From Heterodontus francisci (lineage: Eukaryota), in assembly GCF_036365525.1 (NCBI RefSeq), contig NC_090372.1, positions 74,758,078-74,822,077 on the forward strand: 64,000 bases of DNA, given 5' to 3'. Below the pieces are notes generated by a model. It saw only the letters and a list, made by a program, of their open reading frames with translations, was not told the DNA's origin and searched no databases. How positions within the stretch are numbered: position 1 is the stretch's first letter; every line of letters begins with the position of its first letter. This document shows positions 24,327 to 38,820 of this stretch, piece by piece. The position numbers and the translations under genes were made by a program.

Positions 24327-26375
24327 TGGCCAAAAGTTGCCTCAGCTTCTGACTCTGATGCATTAAATATTGAAGTTGTACTGATTTTTAATGGGAATGT
24401 ACTTCATGACATGATCGAACACCAGAAAACATTTTATTAAAATAGTAAGTACGCGATAATTGGAAGTTGTATTTTGTCCTATGGTCCAAAACAAATGGAT
24501 AAATTGAGAGGGAGAAAATGATATTGCAAATATACACTCGGGCTTGTAAACTAAATAATTTGCAATTTAACCAAACCAAACGATTGGATTAAGACTATAC
24601 TCTTTCCTAGGTAGGCATAGTCACGTTAAACTTGCACATATATACACGCACGCACACAGTGGACAAAATTATATTATACACGAATTTCCTACCGAATCCA
24701 TATACCACAAGAATTTGACACAGTAATAGTTGTCGCAAATAGTATGTGCATTTTTTAGCTAAGCCGTTTATTAGAGGGAATCGTTACTGACAGCAATAAT
24801 GAACAAGACAAATTTGATCTGTTTTCCCGCAGGTAAAACTTAAGATCAACAAGTATAATGTTCACATGAAATTTGCTTCAAAATGTCACGTAAATCGTGC
24901 CTAGTTTAGGTAAGAATTTCGGAACTGAAATTAAGCTTTTTTAAATGTGATATTTAAGTTTTGTTAAATGTTATCCATCCAATTGAGTTCCTGGAAGTTA
25001 ATTTTTATGTTTAATGCCTTTGTTAATTAGCTGTCTATATTAAAAAAACATAAAATATTTGACTGGCAAAAATATGTAGACAAATACTCTGTAAATCTAG
25101 ATCGCATTCATTTCTGCTTTAACCGTTTAACATTGTGTAGTGCGGGAATTAGAAATAATCTGATGTCCTTTGAATTAAAAGAAAACATAAAATTACAACA
25201 GTGTACAATGTTTCTTTGAAATTTAAAAGTTAACTTTTAACTGAAAAGAAACAACAGTGCCCGGCTAAGGCGTATAAATGACAAAGCTCCAATTAGTAAA
25301 TCAGGCAAGTTACACGAATCGGTTCAAGTATTCGCTTTCAATCAATATTTACGAAACAGATAAAACTGCGAAGATGGATTATTTCACCAAGTAAACAGTT
25401 GAATATTTTTAAAGGAGAAAAATCCTTCCTTTGTATAAATGGGAAAACCACAAGACGAGGCAGCATACAAGGTGCAGAAATGTGCTCCATCTTGAACTTA
25501 AAATCCAAGATCAACGGCAGAGCACATTTGAACTTTGAGGTTTTGAATAACACATACAGTCATTTAGCGATTAGAATTCTAAAAATATAAAATGTCCCGG
25601 TGGTTGATAAATAAATCTAATTTAATTTCGCAGATCAAATTATGAGAACAAATCTGTTGGTATTTTATGAAAGTGTTATATTTTTACTTTATGAAAGAGA
25701 AATTGTACAACATCATGCAACAACAGAAAAAGTAACATTAAAAAAAGATGACGTAAAAGTATAATTCCAGAATTAAAGCTTTCTTCCCTAACCAGCAAAC
25801 CTGACAATATGCATTGTATGTTGTTACTGTTGTGAAATATTTTACCGTAAGTATTTTACTTAAACAGCAAGCTTACAGTATTGTCTATCCTACTTTCAAA
25901 ATTCAATTCAAGTCTGCTATGAAATGAAAAGCGTGCACTTCTCCTTTCCCAGAGGTTTCTCGGACGAAATAAAATCAATTGCAGAAGGAACTTTCAGCCC
26001 TCCCATCTTTAATTCTTACATTAACTGTAACATAAAATCTGTGATATTTCGTTGATAGTGGTGTAATACCATTTATCAATCTGGTTGAACAATCTGTAAA
26101 CTATTATATGGATTTTGGTCGAATAAAACGTCCATGTTGTATCTACATGGAGTCTAATCACCTACCTTTGTTAGCAAAAACGGTTATTTTGGAGCTTTTA
26201 TGGGACGTTCCGAGCCTATTGGATTTAATTTATCTCTCGAAATTCTCCAGCATTCAATTCGGATTCAAGAAACGAACATATATTTTTTGGAACTCGTGCT
26301 TTGAAATAGCGATGGTCAAAGTATTTCTCCTTATAGATTTTTGCTGCCCTACAGCGGCTTTGACATTGATCTAAA

Positions 26376-26392
26376 TGGCGCCACCATGTGGA
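26376..26392 (-). promoter_or_regulatory. Candidate CTCF site
   Basis: Minus strand reads TCCACATGGTGGCGCCA. Confidence 0.45.
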
Positions 26393-29300
26393 CTGAATAC
26401 CCTGTTGAAATAATTCATTGTCACTGCTCCCTGGCGTGGCAGCACAAAACCTCAAACGAACGCAAAAAGATACCTAGAATGTCAGAACAGCTAAACTCGA
26501 ATTATTTGATTGCGTTCGCTCGCATTTGGAATTCTAAATATATTGAGGATTCTTGGAAATATGCGGAGAGCCACATTAAAACAGGCTTTATGATTGTCCT
26601 GCTGTTAGTAACCACAGCAACCGAGACCATTTCTTGTCATTTGCCTTGAATGCAACAGCCCCCTAATCCGGTACAACGCTGGTCTCAACTCCCTCTTCCG
26701 TACAGCTAAAAGCTACACTCATATCTTTAATCACAGCAAGTATCATTCATTATTAAAACAACCTCGCACGCAACATTAAACTTCCATGATGCCAGATCAT
26801 AACTCGCTCGGAGCTCTGCCAGTCATCTTGATCAATCTCTTACAATTTGTATCGGGTTCCCGACACCTCCGGCGGGAGTCTAACCAGTGTATGGAAGCTT
26901 CAGGGCTGGTTATCCCTTCACCCCCACTTCCCCCACCCCCCTCCCCAAGGTTAGAGGTGACGTCCATGGCGCAACAGAAGTTCAAAGCCAGGAAACAAGC
27001 AGGAAAACAGAATGCAAACCGGCATTAAAAATATTATGATACAAATGAAAGGTATTGTAATCATTTCTAAAGCAGGTCCCGACAAATCCAATCAAACGCA
27101 GTGGAATGCTTGCCAATCGGAGAGCTTAAATTCGCAATATTTTCCAAATTACAGTCAATTTTTCTTCTTACAAAAACTAAGGTTAAATTCACACGAATTC
27201 TGGCAGCTCAACCGATTTTGTGAAGTTGTGTGCCCTACCGTTCAATTCTACCAAGAGAAAATTAACTGAAGTTGCATTGTCCAAAATTTGATTTGAATTT
27301 CTAGGCTTCCAGAAAATAAACTAAAGAAAACCATACCAATGTATGTAGGATGATGTGGAATGTTCTCCAACTTTAATGATTGTTTATTACGTACATGAAA
27401 CGCACAATAATACAACACTTTGCAGGTGGTTTCGTTTTCGGCTTGAACACCCGGCAAAGTTCAAGAAGCCTACATTGAACCTCCTCAAGAAAAAGCAACT
27501 ACTTTCTCCACCTTGAATCCTACTGTGCGCTCTCTGAACGTGTACATGCAAATCTTACACCTTTTTTTAGTCAAATCGATAAATATAAATTATATACAAA
27601 TGTTAAGCAAATGTTGGTATCACATTTAAACAGCATTTGTTTAAGACTTTCCCTTAAAAGAATTTGTATTTCTTTTTAAAATCTAAATGTTTAATGTAAA
27701 AAAAAGCACCACTATGTGCGGTGCATATTCCAGCCTTTTAATACATTTCAGTGTTTTGCAAATTAAACTAAAATTACCAAACAAAAAGATAAAGGCAAGT
27801 ACTCGGACGGCTGTTATCTGTCGTTTTATGTGAAAATACAAGAAAATCACCAACTTTAATGGGGATAATGACACAGACCACAACGAAACATTTAAATTAA
27901 ATTGGTATAATAAACAAAACATTGTAAAGGCTGGTATATGTTATTAGGTAACGGGTAGGCGATATTTGTACAATACGGCCTATAGATATATCGGCCTATA
28001 AAAAGCTTATACGGTGAAATACACGAAATGTTACCATTGTGCAATAAAACACGTATGTGTTTAATGAAAATAATTTTCTGTCTTTGGTTCACACGGATAA
28101 AGATGGCTTCAACATTGTAATTACTGCAGACTTGTCATCTTTTGGAGGAATCCGTGAAATTCATAGATGCATGAGCAGCAGCTTTTAAACCCTATTCCTA
28201 TTTAAAACTGTCAATACACATTCATATTGTACCAAAAGAGCGATATATTTACAATACTTTGTGCTCAAGTATGCCATCATGGGTAGTATCTCTTCTGTTT
28301 GAAAAGTTAAAAGTAAAAACTACATTTGCAAATTACGACGCACAATATGTCAAGTACAAATAAACACCCACGGATTGCTTCAGCAAGCATAAAAGAGCCT
28401 GTTTTGAAAAATCTTATTATTCCAAGCAATGCTTTAAACGGCAAAGTGTTTATATATAGAGCCCCACAACTAAAAAGTTACAGAACTTTACATTCTAAAC
28501 AGAATTTAATTACACTTGCCTATTTTGGTGGCGAATATGAATTTGACACAAAAACGCCTTCAATTCCCATCAGCAGCCATCTTTTGATTATGAATTCCAG
28601 ATTGGATATTTACATGCATGCTCTCCATTTGGGGTAGTTGCGGGGCGGGGGGGGGGGGGGGGGGTGGGGAGCGGGAATTATTCACCGTTATTTATTTTTT
28701 AAAAAACACGGATTTATTGTAGAGATGTAGGTTTTAATCTACCTTTCATATTGACAAGTTTCAGTATCCTAAGCAGTGATGAACAGGCATTGTTTAGAGA
28801 ATTATCGCGCTAATATTCCGCCTTACGGAAGGTTCAGTTACAAAAGAACGAGGCTCGTTGCTACTTATTGTAACTGAAGATATAAAATATATATCCAATA
28901 GCTGTGATTGACAGTGAGAGCCACTGAAAGCTTCCTAATCTAAAGCATGCGCATATTTTATTACTTTGTTTTTATATTGCAGCTGGTCCACAACAGTAAA
29001 CTCTTTCTCTTAGGGCTCCAATACACAGGTCCGTATTCGTATAGAAGCTGCATTCTTCTTCGGATTAAAACAAATCTGTTTCGCTGAACTAAATCCAAGC
29101 ATTCACCTTAGCATCTCAACGGTAATCTCTTCAGACACCTTTTGTACAAAGCATATAGATAACACAAGTGAGAATATAATAGTGTGTGTGAAATCAACGA
29201 TGAGCATTAATTCCAGTTACTTTTTAAAGTTGAAACTCGACGTCTCAATTAAGTTTGCAAAGTTGTCCGGCCTGTCAGAACTGTACTAAAGTGTCTGCTC

Positions 29301-29409
29301 CCAAACTCGAACTTGAGTTTTACCTCTGCATTCTGCCCTGGCCGCATTCGTCGTAAAAGGAGAAGTTAGGAAGGAGAGAGACATGCCTCTTTGTAATCTC
29401 AGTCTAATC

Positions 29410-29642
29410 TCAGAGCAATGGATTCGTAGTGTAATATTGAAGGCGGTCCCTGTTTAACTTCTTTTCCTTCATCCTCCTGTTCTGAAACCAGATTTTAACT
29501 TGCCGATCGGTTAAGTTGAGCATCCGGGAAAGTTGCAGCCGCTTCTCTTTGTTGATATAGACACTGAAAAAAAATTCTCTCTCCAGTTCCCTTATCTGGT
29601 ACTTGGTGTAGGGACACCGCTTTTTGCGTGTACGTTGGCCAC
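29410..29642 (-). CDS. HOXA11: HoxA11 exon 2 (homeodomain)
   Basis: Acceptor ttacag|GT. Encodes [47 protein letters not shown]...[12 protein letters not shown]. Confidence 0.97.
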
Positions 29643-30699
29643 CTGTAACAGGTAAACAGTGCGTTAAAACTTTGATAGTTGTAAGTGAAAGGAACCACAT
29701 CTTTCCATGTGTTAATATCTGCTTTGCTGTGAACACATTCACCAGAAAAAATCTCTCCATGGCTCCTGATTTTCATACAACGATCTTTTTTCAGCAGTAC
29801 CCAAAGTACAAAATTGCTCGTTAAAGCATAACGCGTTTTTCTTTCATATTTTGAATGGTCCTTGGAACAAAAGATGGCTGCCCCGCTCTGCATTGATTCT
29901 AATGGTTGTGGAATTCTCAAGTTGAAGCTGTAGTACTCCCATTCCAACGATATACTTGAAAGTTACAAATGAGCTTCCCGTAACCAGGGACTAGCTACAA
30001 CTTTTAGAAGAGAAATGTTTTTGAAAGATGAACCCTTCCTTTATGAGTGCATTAACGACAGAGAATGGATGAAATGAAAGCTGCACAAAGTTTTCTTTTA
30101 TCTGAGGTGTTAAAATAGAAAGGGGCTGGAGAATGGGACACTTGAGCTATCTTTTTAAAAGATGCTGAGAAGCTCGAATTAGTTTCGTTAGGGGAGGGGG
30201 CTTAATTCTATAGTCATTCCGCATTGTAAAACTCCACATGGAGCAGTTTCAGAAGATTGCAGCGTTAAGACTGCGCCGATCGAACGTTCAGCTATAAAAC
30301 GCGATTATTAAATAAAATACGGTCACCCCGTCCTGAAATAAGTTTTTATGATGGAAACCTCCATGCTAGAGGTATTGCAGTATTTATATAGTTGTTAAAA
30401 ATGTCATTTTGCCACATTATGTTTCAAAGCGGTTACTTATGGAACTGAATACAACCTATAAATAGAGTTTTTGTGTCAACACGTGTGTTTTATAGAATTG
30501 CTGAGCTGTATTAATACACGCAAAGATCACAAGCAGGCAAAAGCAATTTTTCATAAACTTACACCTACTAATTTAAATGATCAAATTTTTAACCCCAAAC
30601 TCACTTTTTGAGGTGCCAGTGAAAGTATTTTAATGCAGCGATTGGCTGGAGTTATTTCACGGCCAATTTCAGAGCTGAACACGTGATCATGTCATTTAT

Positions 30700-30790
30700 A
30701 TAAAAAAAGTTTTGTTGGGAAATCTACAGGCCATCCATAAACCCCCTTATATGCTTATAAAACAGCACATAAAATTTTTAACAGCAGCGC
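30700..30790. promoter_or_regulatory. Hox/Cdx motif cluster in the 5' part of the HoxA11 intron
   Basis: CCATAAA, TTATAAAA and CATAAAA are clustered within ~50 bp near the donor. This resembles, from recall, the conserved intronic block of vertebrate HoxA11. Confidence 0.45.
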
Positions 30791-30838
30791 GCGAGATCGC
30801 AAAACTTTCTCTCACAAGTGGGCACTGACTCTACCTAC

Positions 30839-31448
30839 TGGAGTTGCTGCCTTTTTCCTCATTGTTGCCGGAAGAAGACTCCGGGCTGCTGCTCCCGGGA
30901 CTCGTCTCTTTCTCCACGGACACCCTCGAAGTCTCCGAACTTGAAGTTGCCGCGGACGGCACTTTATCTGGGCTCTTCTCCCCGCAGTACTCCGACTGTT
31001 GATTCTCACTGGAACCGTAGGCAGTCTCGAAAAACTGATCAAATCCTTGCGGCAGGACACCGTTCCTACCCACCGGGTTGTAGAAGCTGGAAGACGCATT
31101 GGAGCTGGGGTGGTAAACGCTCGCGCTATTTTTCATTAACATCTCGCCCATGGTGCTGGCAGGCAGACATTCTCTGTGCATCAGCTCCTCTGCGGAATAG
31201 CAATGGGGTAGATTGCCCCTGTGATGCCACTTATTGGAAGGATCGATGGCATAGTCTCTGAAGGTAACTTCTCGCACAGGTTGAACCTGGGGGATATTGG
31301 ACGAGTAAGAGTATGTCATGGGGCGAGAAGCCGGTGTTTGGGGTAAAAAAGAAGGCAGGCTGGAGAAATCCGGACCCGAGACATAATAGGTACAGCTAGG
31401 CAAATAAAGATTAGAGCCACAAGAAACCCGCTCATCAAAATCCATCAT
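30839..31448 (-). CDS. HOXA11: HoxA11 exon 1
   Basis: [39 protein letters not shown]...[11 protein letters not shown]...[10 protein letters not shown]. Phase-1 donor A|gtaggt at 30839/30838. Spliced CDS is 843 nt, 280 aa. The start could also be 31445, or an upstream in-frame ATG at 31487. Confidence 0.96.
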
Positions 31449-33683
31449 CGCTTGCTTGGGGTCCCCTAGCGCAAGAATAGCTTGCATTCGCACAGCTAAA
31501 CATGGTCCTTAGATGCTGCTGCCTCTTTGAAGCTGATCCGCGGAGTAAAAATTTGGAAACGTAAGCTGACGTGGAAATGTATCTCCATACATCGCAGGGA
31601 CAAGCCAGTCATGTGACCAGATGCCTGGAGAAATTGACATGCATCACTTTGGATTCCCCCCTCGCACCAGGAGCGCAAAGCTCTTCATATCTGAGCTCTG
31701 CACATTTCTAAAGAGGGAAAGGAAAGCTCGAATAATACTGTGAAAGTATTCAACCTTCACACCAGAGACGCATTTGGCACATTTACTTCACGTCGCTCTA
31801 ACAAGCTGACTTGAAGGGAGGATGGAAATAACAGTTAATGATTTCCGCAGTGGAAATATATCAAAAACAGTTTATTTTCTAGAAAGAGCTGGTTTCGACC
31901 TGTCTCATACATATTTGTTCTGCTGGAATATTGCGGGAATATTCGGCATTTTTATTGGCAAATAATAATTATCTTTGCTTTCTCTTTTTTGCCATTTTAA
32001 TAAAAGAAAACTGTGTATCATACCTATTTCGCCTGCACAGAATTTGTAAAATTGCTGATGAATATTAAGCAAGACTCTACTAAAAAAATCCTTACCGAAC
32101 TATATAACGGTGAGAGTGCAATCTTTAAATGGCTAAAACATATTTTATGTAAAATGATCTCCCTATCTTCGCTAAAAAGAACATGAGAGCACACAATGAT
32201 CTATAGACCCCACAGAGACTTGGGGAGGCAAAGTTAGACCGTCCACAAGTTCGACATGGACGTAGGTTTGTTTATATTTTTGTGAGTGTATCCAAATTGA
32301 TATTAGATTATTTATCCTATAAAAATTGAATCCGTAGAAATTTGCCGAATGTGAGAGGTGAAGAAGAGTTTTTTTCCTAAGATTGTTATTTTGCCTCTGT
32401 TTTATGGACAAGCGGGCATGGTCACGTTCAACTCCACAATCCTCGCCCTATCAGCAAAATTATATCAATCAGTTATCCGCTTCGCTGGATTTCGAGAAAT
32501 ATTAGCGTAAAAAATGCAATGCGCAGCCCAATTTCACATTTCAGACAGAATTTTTGTGAATATATTAATCAAGAGAGAACACTTGCCGTCATGGGAAACG
32601 TTTAGGATGAAACACACAAACGCGAACAAAAGCGGATAAAAAGAATGCTGTTTTATTTGACATTGGCCGTGGCTACATTTTTTCCATATTTCCATAAAAT
32701 GTTACCTAGGACAACCGAATAAACAACAGGCTGAGTTTTAGTGCAAATTGAGATGTTTTTAATAGTTTTAGTTTAGCGAGAGTTATATTCATTAAAGAAT
32801 GTCTAATAAAATGCATTTTATTTCGGTACACTACCTCCGTGTAAGAATTTCAATGATTTAACTACATGAGAGTTTGAAAATCATGGGATGAATTCTGGTG
32901 TTGTTGAAAAGAATGGGACTGTAGAAAAGAGTTGAAGTTAAACTTTGCCTTAGATTTTGTCACATATTAGCTTTTTGCTGTTCCAAAAACAACTGCGCAG
33001 TGCCAAAACAAACAGGTTTTTCTGAGGAAAAGGACCTTTGCCATCAACATTTGCCAGAAAGACCTTCTATTTAAATTAAATTCCATGCACTAAAAAAAAC
33101 TCTGTACTAGAAACCGTGTTAGTAGCAAGTTGACAATTTCATCTTGTTTTTCTAATCGCTTCGTTATGATAAATGCACACCAATGATATGAAAAGTCTGC
33201 AAAATACCTGTGTCTTGTTAATTTCTAGCCTGCTGTAACTGGATAATTCCATCGCTTTAAAAGTAAGACATATAACATAATAATTTTAGATACTGAAAAC
33301 GTCGAGATTATTAATATAAATATTTTAGAATAAGGCGTTGTAATATTCAATATAAAGACTATTGATGAAGTTCAACCACTGTTTATTACACTTACCTTTA
33401 CGATTTACTTCACAACACTAAAAAAATGTCAAGTCTTGATGGAAAATAAAGTTATTTGTATTAAACAGAATTATACAGGGAAGCCATGATATGCTAATGG
33501 CTGCAAATTTGAATGTTTAAAAATAAGATATAAATCATATAATGTACAATGATTTAAAAACTGAATAGGATTGACTCGTAATCGGGTATATTTAGTAATC
33601 CACGTATTCAAAATTACTTAAGTGCGACATAGAATTTAAAGGTTTTACGCTTTATGAACAGAAAGGAAATCCGATAAGACAGT

Positions 33684-33877
33684 GGCACCATCTGTCGTTG
33701 CATGAATGGGCAAATTCCGGCACATGTACAGCGTTCTTTATAATATAATTAAATACAGAACGTCTATGAGAACCGAAAGCGGTTTAGTTTGACCTGCGGT
33801 TTTAACAGCAGCTTTGACAACCAGCTTCACTAGATCCCCGGAATAGACATTATAGCTAAAGACGCCACCTACATGGA
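33684..33877 (-). promoter_or_regulatory. Pair of candidate CTCF sites between HoxA11 and HoxA13
   Basis: Minus strand CAACGACAGATGGTGCC (~33700-33684) and TCCATGTAGGTGGCGTC (33877-33861). Confidence 0.4.
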
Positions 33878-36139
33878 ATCCCTGACATTCCCAGCTAACG
33901 TGAGCAATCAGGCGTCCCCAAAAAGAGACAAGGACGCGGCTTTGTCTGATAAAAGTCGGGCTGAGTATTAGAAGAGTAAGTTTTTAACTGTACATTGCGC
34001 GTCTTTACTATGTGATCAAAATCTAGTGTATTGTCCCTTTTCTTTCTCTACAAAAGGGGTGGATTCTCCGTAAATACGTGGCTGTGTGTTTTAGCGCAGT
34101 TTGCCTATGTTGCTTCCAAGAAAATAACAGAGGGAACGTTGCAGCTATTTAATAATCTTCCGAACGAAAAGGGAAGCTGGCGATTGTGTTTCCGATTAAA
34201 TAAAAGCCGAAAAATGCGCCAAGATCTATTCACTACCTTATTCGCTTCGCCATTTTCAATCCATCTGTATTTCCCAATTATCACACTTCTATTGAAGTAT
34301 CGCTCTTTTACAATGACTTTCAATTACAGATTCTAGATCAAATTGACTCATGTCGTCATTTTTAGTCTTTAGTCGTATAGTCATTTCCAAGAATGTAGTC
34401 ATGCAAAGCTAAAGAGATGCTTCTAAAAATTAAATATACCTACCTCGTTGATGTCATATCAGACATACACTGCACGCATTATGTTGATATTCGATGTGAA
34501 TAAAATGTAATGTAAATACAGAAGTTTAAGGAGATCAGTGAATTATTGCGGCGCAAGCCATTTTCCTGCAGGAGACCAACTCAACGGGAGGGCTGAGACC
34601 CGGATGAAGCTGAATTTCTTCACACTGATGTGCACTTCGAAGCTTCATCGCAGATATAATAAGAAACGAAATCGGATTTAAAACTCTATTGTCAAAGTTC
34701 GAAAATAAAAACAAGCACCAAAATAAGATTGTGGTAAGGCAAAGTCTTCGCTTGAGTTATTTGACGGCTTTGCAGTTTAAGTGCGCACAGCCTGCTTAAC
34801 ATTGAACTTCAACTTTGGAAAATGCTGCACAAGTATAAGAAATATACTTTTTAAAGATGAGAGTTATATTATGTGAAATTAAATTTAAGTCATAATGACA
34901 ATGGTTTAAATCAAATGTTCATCTAGAAAAAAGATAAACATTTGGTCGAGTCCTGTCGATATTTGGAAAGTCGTTCGTGTCATTAGTTGTAATATAATTT
35001 CATTCTAAAATATTACTATCTACGGGATAAAAATTGATAACTATATTTTCGGCCAGTACACTTTTATTGTTACCCTAAAGCTAATCAATACGGCTTGAAA
35101 ACGGCGAGCCATGTTTCCTTTACAGATTTTGCAGGCAATTGTATTCGCATTAGTTCTTTCAGTTCTTCCCACGAATTACATTGCACGTTAGTTGTCACTG
35201 TGCAAATGAAGTCACATATGTCTTAATTGCCTTCAACCGCAAAAAGCACTTTACTACACTACGCCCCAAACTAATTTTCTAACGTGGAATGGTTTAACTC
35301 ATTACTCATTATCAATTTCTTTCTAGACGAGAAAATATTGTAAATGAGAAGTGAAAGTAAAGATTTCCTGATCCAGCCTCCTACACATAATATGAAATAT
35401 TCAACTGGAGCTATTGTTAGACAGTAGCTGCTTCCTTTGAACAGAATCCTTTCACATTATTGTAAGACACTTATTCATTCCAAAATTAGCTGACTTTGAA
35501 ATTGGCACATTCATATTATTTCGCAGCAATACTATCCCACATTTTAAGTCAATGGTGTGAAATGAAATAAATTGAAAAATAAAATTATTTCTTGGTGGTG
35601 GGGTGGGGGGCGGTGGCGAGGGTCTACAATGACTTTGTTTTACTCTGATTACCAAAAAAATCATGACTCTCAAAATCTAAACTGCAAATTATTGGCCTCA
35701 TAAGAGTGCGTCTCTTTTAACGAAAGTCCACGTTGTTTTTATGTGTGTCGTTCCTTTGCCGCCTTGTTCAGTAACACTGGCAATGACAAGACAACGGTTC
35801 CTGTCGGCCATTTTTATGCCGAGTGTCTCGGAAATATTGCAGAAAGTTAATTCAACAAAAAGTACTTCAAGAAACGAGAACTTTATTAAATGAAGGATGC
35901 CATGAATTGATAAAGAACATCTTCTAAGATTTTAAAAAAAACCCAAGTAATAATAGGCCCCCGCCTCCAAGTGGATTAGTCTTGAAGATGAAAACTAAGC
36001 CAGAGTTGTATCCTATTATTCCATTGTTACTTTTTTTTTTGCTGAGCCACAGTAGATTTATTAAAATAATAGTGAAATAAGAGATTATAAATAGACCATT
36101 GTGGCCTACAAATAAGAAAAATGAATATTTTAATCTTGT

Positions 36140-37510
36140 TTACTAATATTATTCTTGCGCCCTATGAAAACCAGGGTAGCACAGTAATATCCACGCAGGG
36201 ATTGGCAATGAAACCTGAAAGTAACGCAGTTTGTAAATTATAACTGAGGATTTCACACTTTGGAGTCTCTTACGAAGGCGTTTTTTTCTTCTCCGAAATC
36301 ATGCACTGTTCTATGAGCGTATGCGTGTATCTGTAGTATGTGCAGTTCGGAATGTATCATTTTTTATGATAGACATGTAGCACTTTAAATTCCGCTTTCT
36401 TTCTCACCTCTGCATATTTTCTCAATAAAATCATTGAAACTCTTTCGCGCGCATTTTATTATAATGCTTTATACAATTACTTCGATATATTCTACAATCT
36501 CGAGCCCAAATATGTTAAGCTGCCCAATAAGTCACACAAAAAAACGCTTCGCCGGTGGTTTTCCAACACTGCATCGCAAAATAAATGAGACGTTAATTAA
36601 TATTGAAACTTCCCTTTTGAATAATTTAGGCATAATCGTCATAATATCGGTGTTATATTTACAAATACACATGAACAATGTTTCACTTCCCAGCATTGAT
36701 TTAATTGCGTGCGAGTTTATTTTGAACCAAACATTCATTATCACTTTTATATGAAATGCCAATTTGAAGAGGAATGGGGAGTTCATGTCATGCTTTTGAA
36801 CTTGGCGTGCATGATAATAAAAAAAATGGAGCAATGCCATTTGCTGTCGCAGCAACTTTTCAGGTCTGGGTTTAGTACTTCAATGATGGGATTTAAAAAA
36901 CATAAAAATAAAAAGGTTAAGCAAACCCATTAATAGTTCAATGGTAATTTTCGACAGTGTTTCCTTTCACGAAAACATACAATAAAGAAATATTGTATGT
37001 TAGCTGGCGCCTCGTCTAATGCAATATTAAAGTCGGGCCAAGTAGTCATGCAGATTGAAATAGCTAGAAGGGACGCAGTTTCACTTGAACTGGCCGGATT
37101 TGAACTTGAAAGATCCTTACTTTGAACTTGGCTAGAGGAACACAGCTCGGAATTTCTGAATTTTCTTCATTAAAAGGCGCTCCACTCACCTCCACTTGTA
37201 GCAAAAACTGGAACATGAGCATATGAACTATTTTCTTGCACTTGTCGGATGGATTCTTCCAGCTTTCTAATCCTCAATCTTTCAATAAATAGCGGGTACT
37301 GCAAAATGCACAGATGCGGTGAGTTCGGAGCATTTCCTGAATCCTTTTATCTATCCAGTGCCCAGTTGGTGTGCCCATATGAACACAGAAGCTGTTGACT
37401 TCTAACTGCACCGAATCTTTGGCAGGTTAGCATATTCCAAGCCAGGGGTGATGCAGTTGTCTCCCAGACGAACCTTCAGGACCCACACACGTCGCATGTG
37501 CGCTCACTAA
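36140..37510 (-). pseudogene. Candidate highly decayed HoxA12 remnant (exon-2-like 36330-~36140; exon-1-like ~37510-37120)
   Basis: A phase-1 acceptor ctacag|AT at 36331/36330 is in frame with S*NSA*FRRRKKR (cf. PG12 PWYPINSRSRKKR). Then GAAATCCTCAGTTATAATTTACAAAC (cf. EFLVNEFIN) and VLPWF follow. Upstream, NCITPGLEYANL at 37458-37423 resembles the PG12 N-terminal N..SP..FYFANL. Position is the PG12 slot. Confidence 0.45.
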
Positions 37511-38737
37511 ACTTACAATGTGACAAAATGACTTTCAACTGAAAGAACATATGGAAGAACATTGAAATATCGAAGTCGTGTGAAATGTCAACAACAAGAC
37601 TGACCGCGATTGTGTGTACCAAAGAGACGGAGTAAACTATGTTTTAATGAAAGCTCCAATTAATGAATTGCATGCGCATTCACTTTGATGCTTTATTAAT
37701 GAGTTATGTAAATTACTTTGGATGACAGTGGCTCTGAATGCGGTTATGTATATTTCTGATTGTAGGTCTTAAATTCTTCGAGTTCAATGGAAAAAGTTCA
37801 TATCGCAATATGCCGCTTCATTGTTTTAAGAGTAAGTTTTCACACCATTGTGAACGAATTTACCATTAGAACTTTTATCTGTTTACATCCGTCCATGTCG
37901 AGATACAAGGCTTAAATTGTACTGCTAATTCATTAACTATTTGAAACCACCCGTATTAACAAAGGAGTGAGGACCATATTACATTACGAATACAGATACA
38001 TCAATAACACCTCAGAATAATAAATGTAGTTGTACAAATCTTCGAAGTTGATTATACTGAAGAACATTTCGGCCTGTATTATTTCGGTAAACCATTAAAC
38101 AACAACACTGCACGAATGGAGGATTGAGCTATATGACCATGCAACAACATAATTCACAGCGCTTCAAAAATTAATAACCGGTCGCAGAAATTACATCTAC
38201 TCTAATAAAGATTTAAAAATCTTATATTTTTGCGTTTCGTGATACAGAATCATTACTTTAATCTCAGACTTGCATTTGGAGATGCAAAACCAATAATATA
38301 ATGGGCTGTAATGATTTATTTTATGTCCAACATAGAATATTCCTTAAATGAAACAGTTGGACTTGGAATTTTAAGGAAGTCTTGCATTATATATCATGTA
38401 AAATGTATTACGGTACATTAAAGGATATTTTTGGATTTGTGAATTTAGAGTATTAAGTGGAACTATACCGACATAATTGCATAGTTAACTAGAATATACT
38501 TAAGAGCGTTTGTAAATACTCAATTTTATTTGTTTCATCTATATCAACATTTTTTTTAAATCCGCAAAATGAAATATACTTCCCTGCGAAATGCACTAAA
38601 ATCTATTAGATAGTACTTTAGTCACCCCGCATGTCAGTTTGTAAGCGGGACACTAGTTGGTCAAATATAAGTGAAATACTACACACCCAAAATGTCCTGC
38701 GACATAAACTGCCCCAGACGTTATTAGCTTAAAATCT

Positions 38738-38753
38738 TATATATATATATACA

Positions 38754-38786
<33 letters not shown>

Positions 38787-38820
38787 GTCTAGATACACAC
38801 AGATATATGTATATATATAT
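38738..38820 (+). repeat. Compound (TA)n/(TG)n/(TATG)n microsatellite
   Basis: Read directly. Confidence 0.9.
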
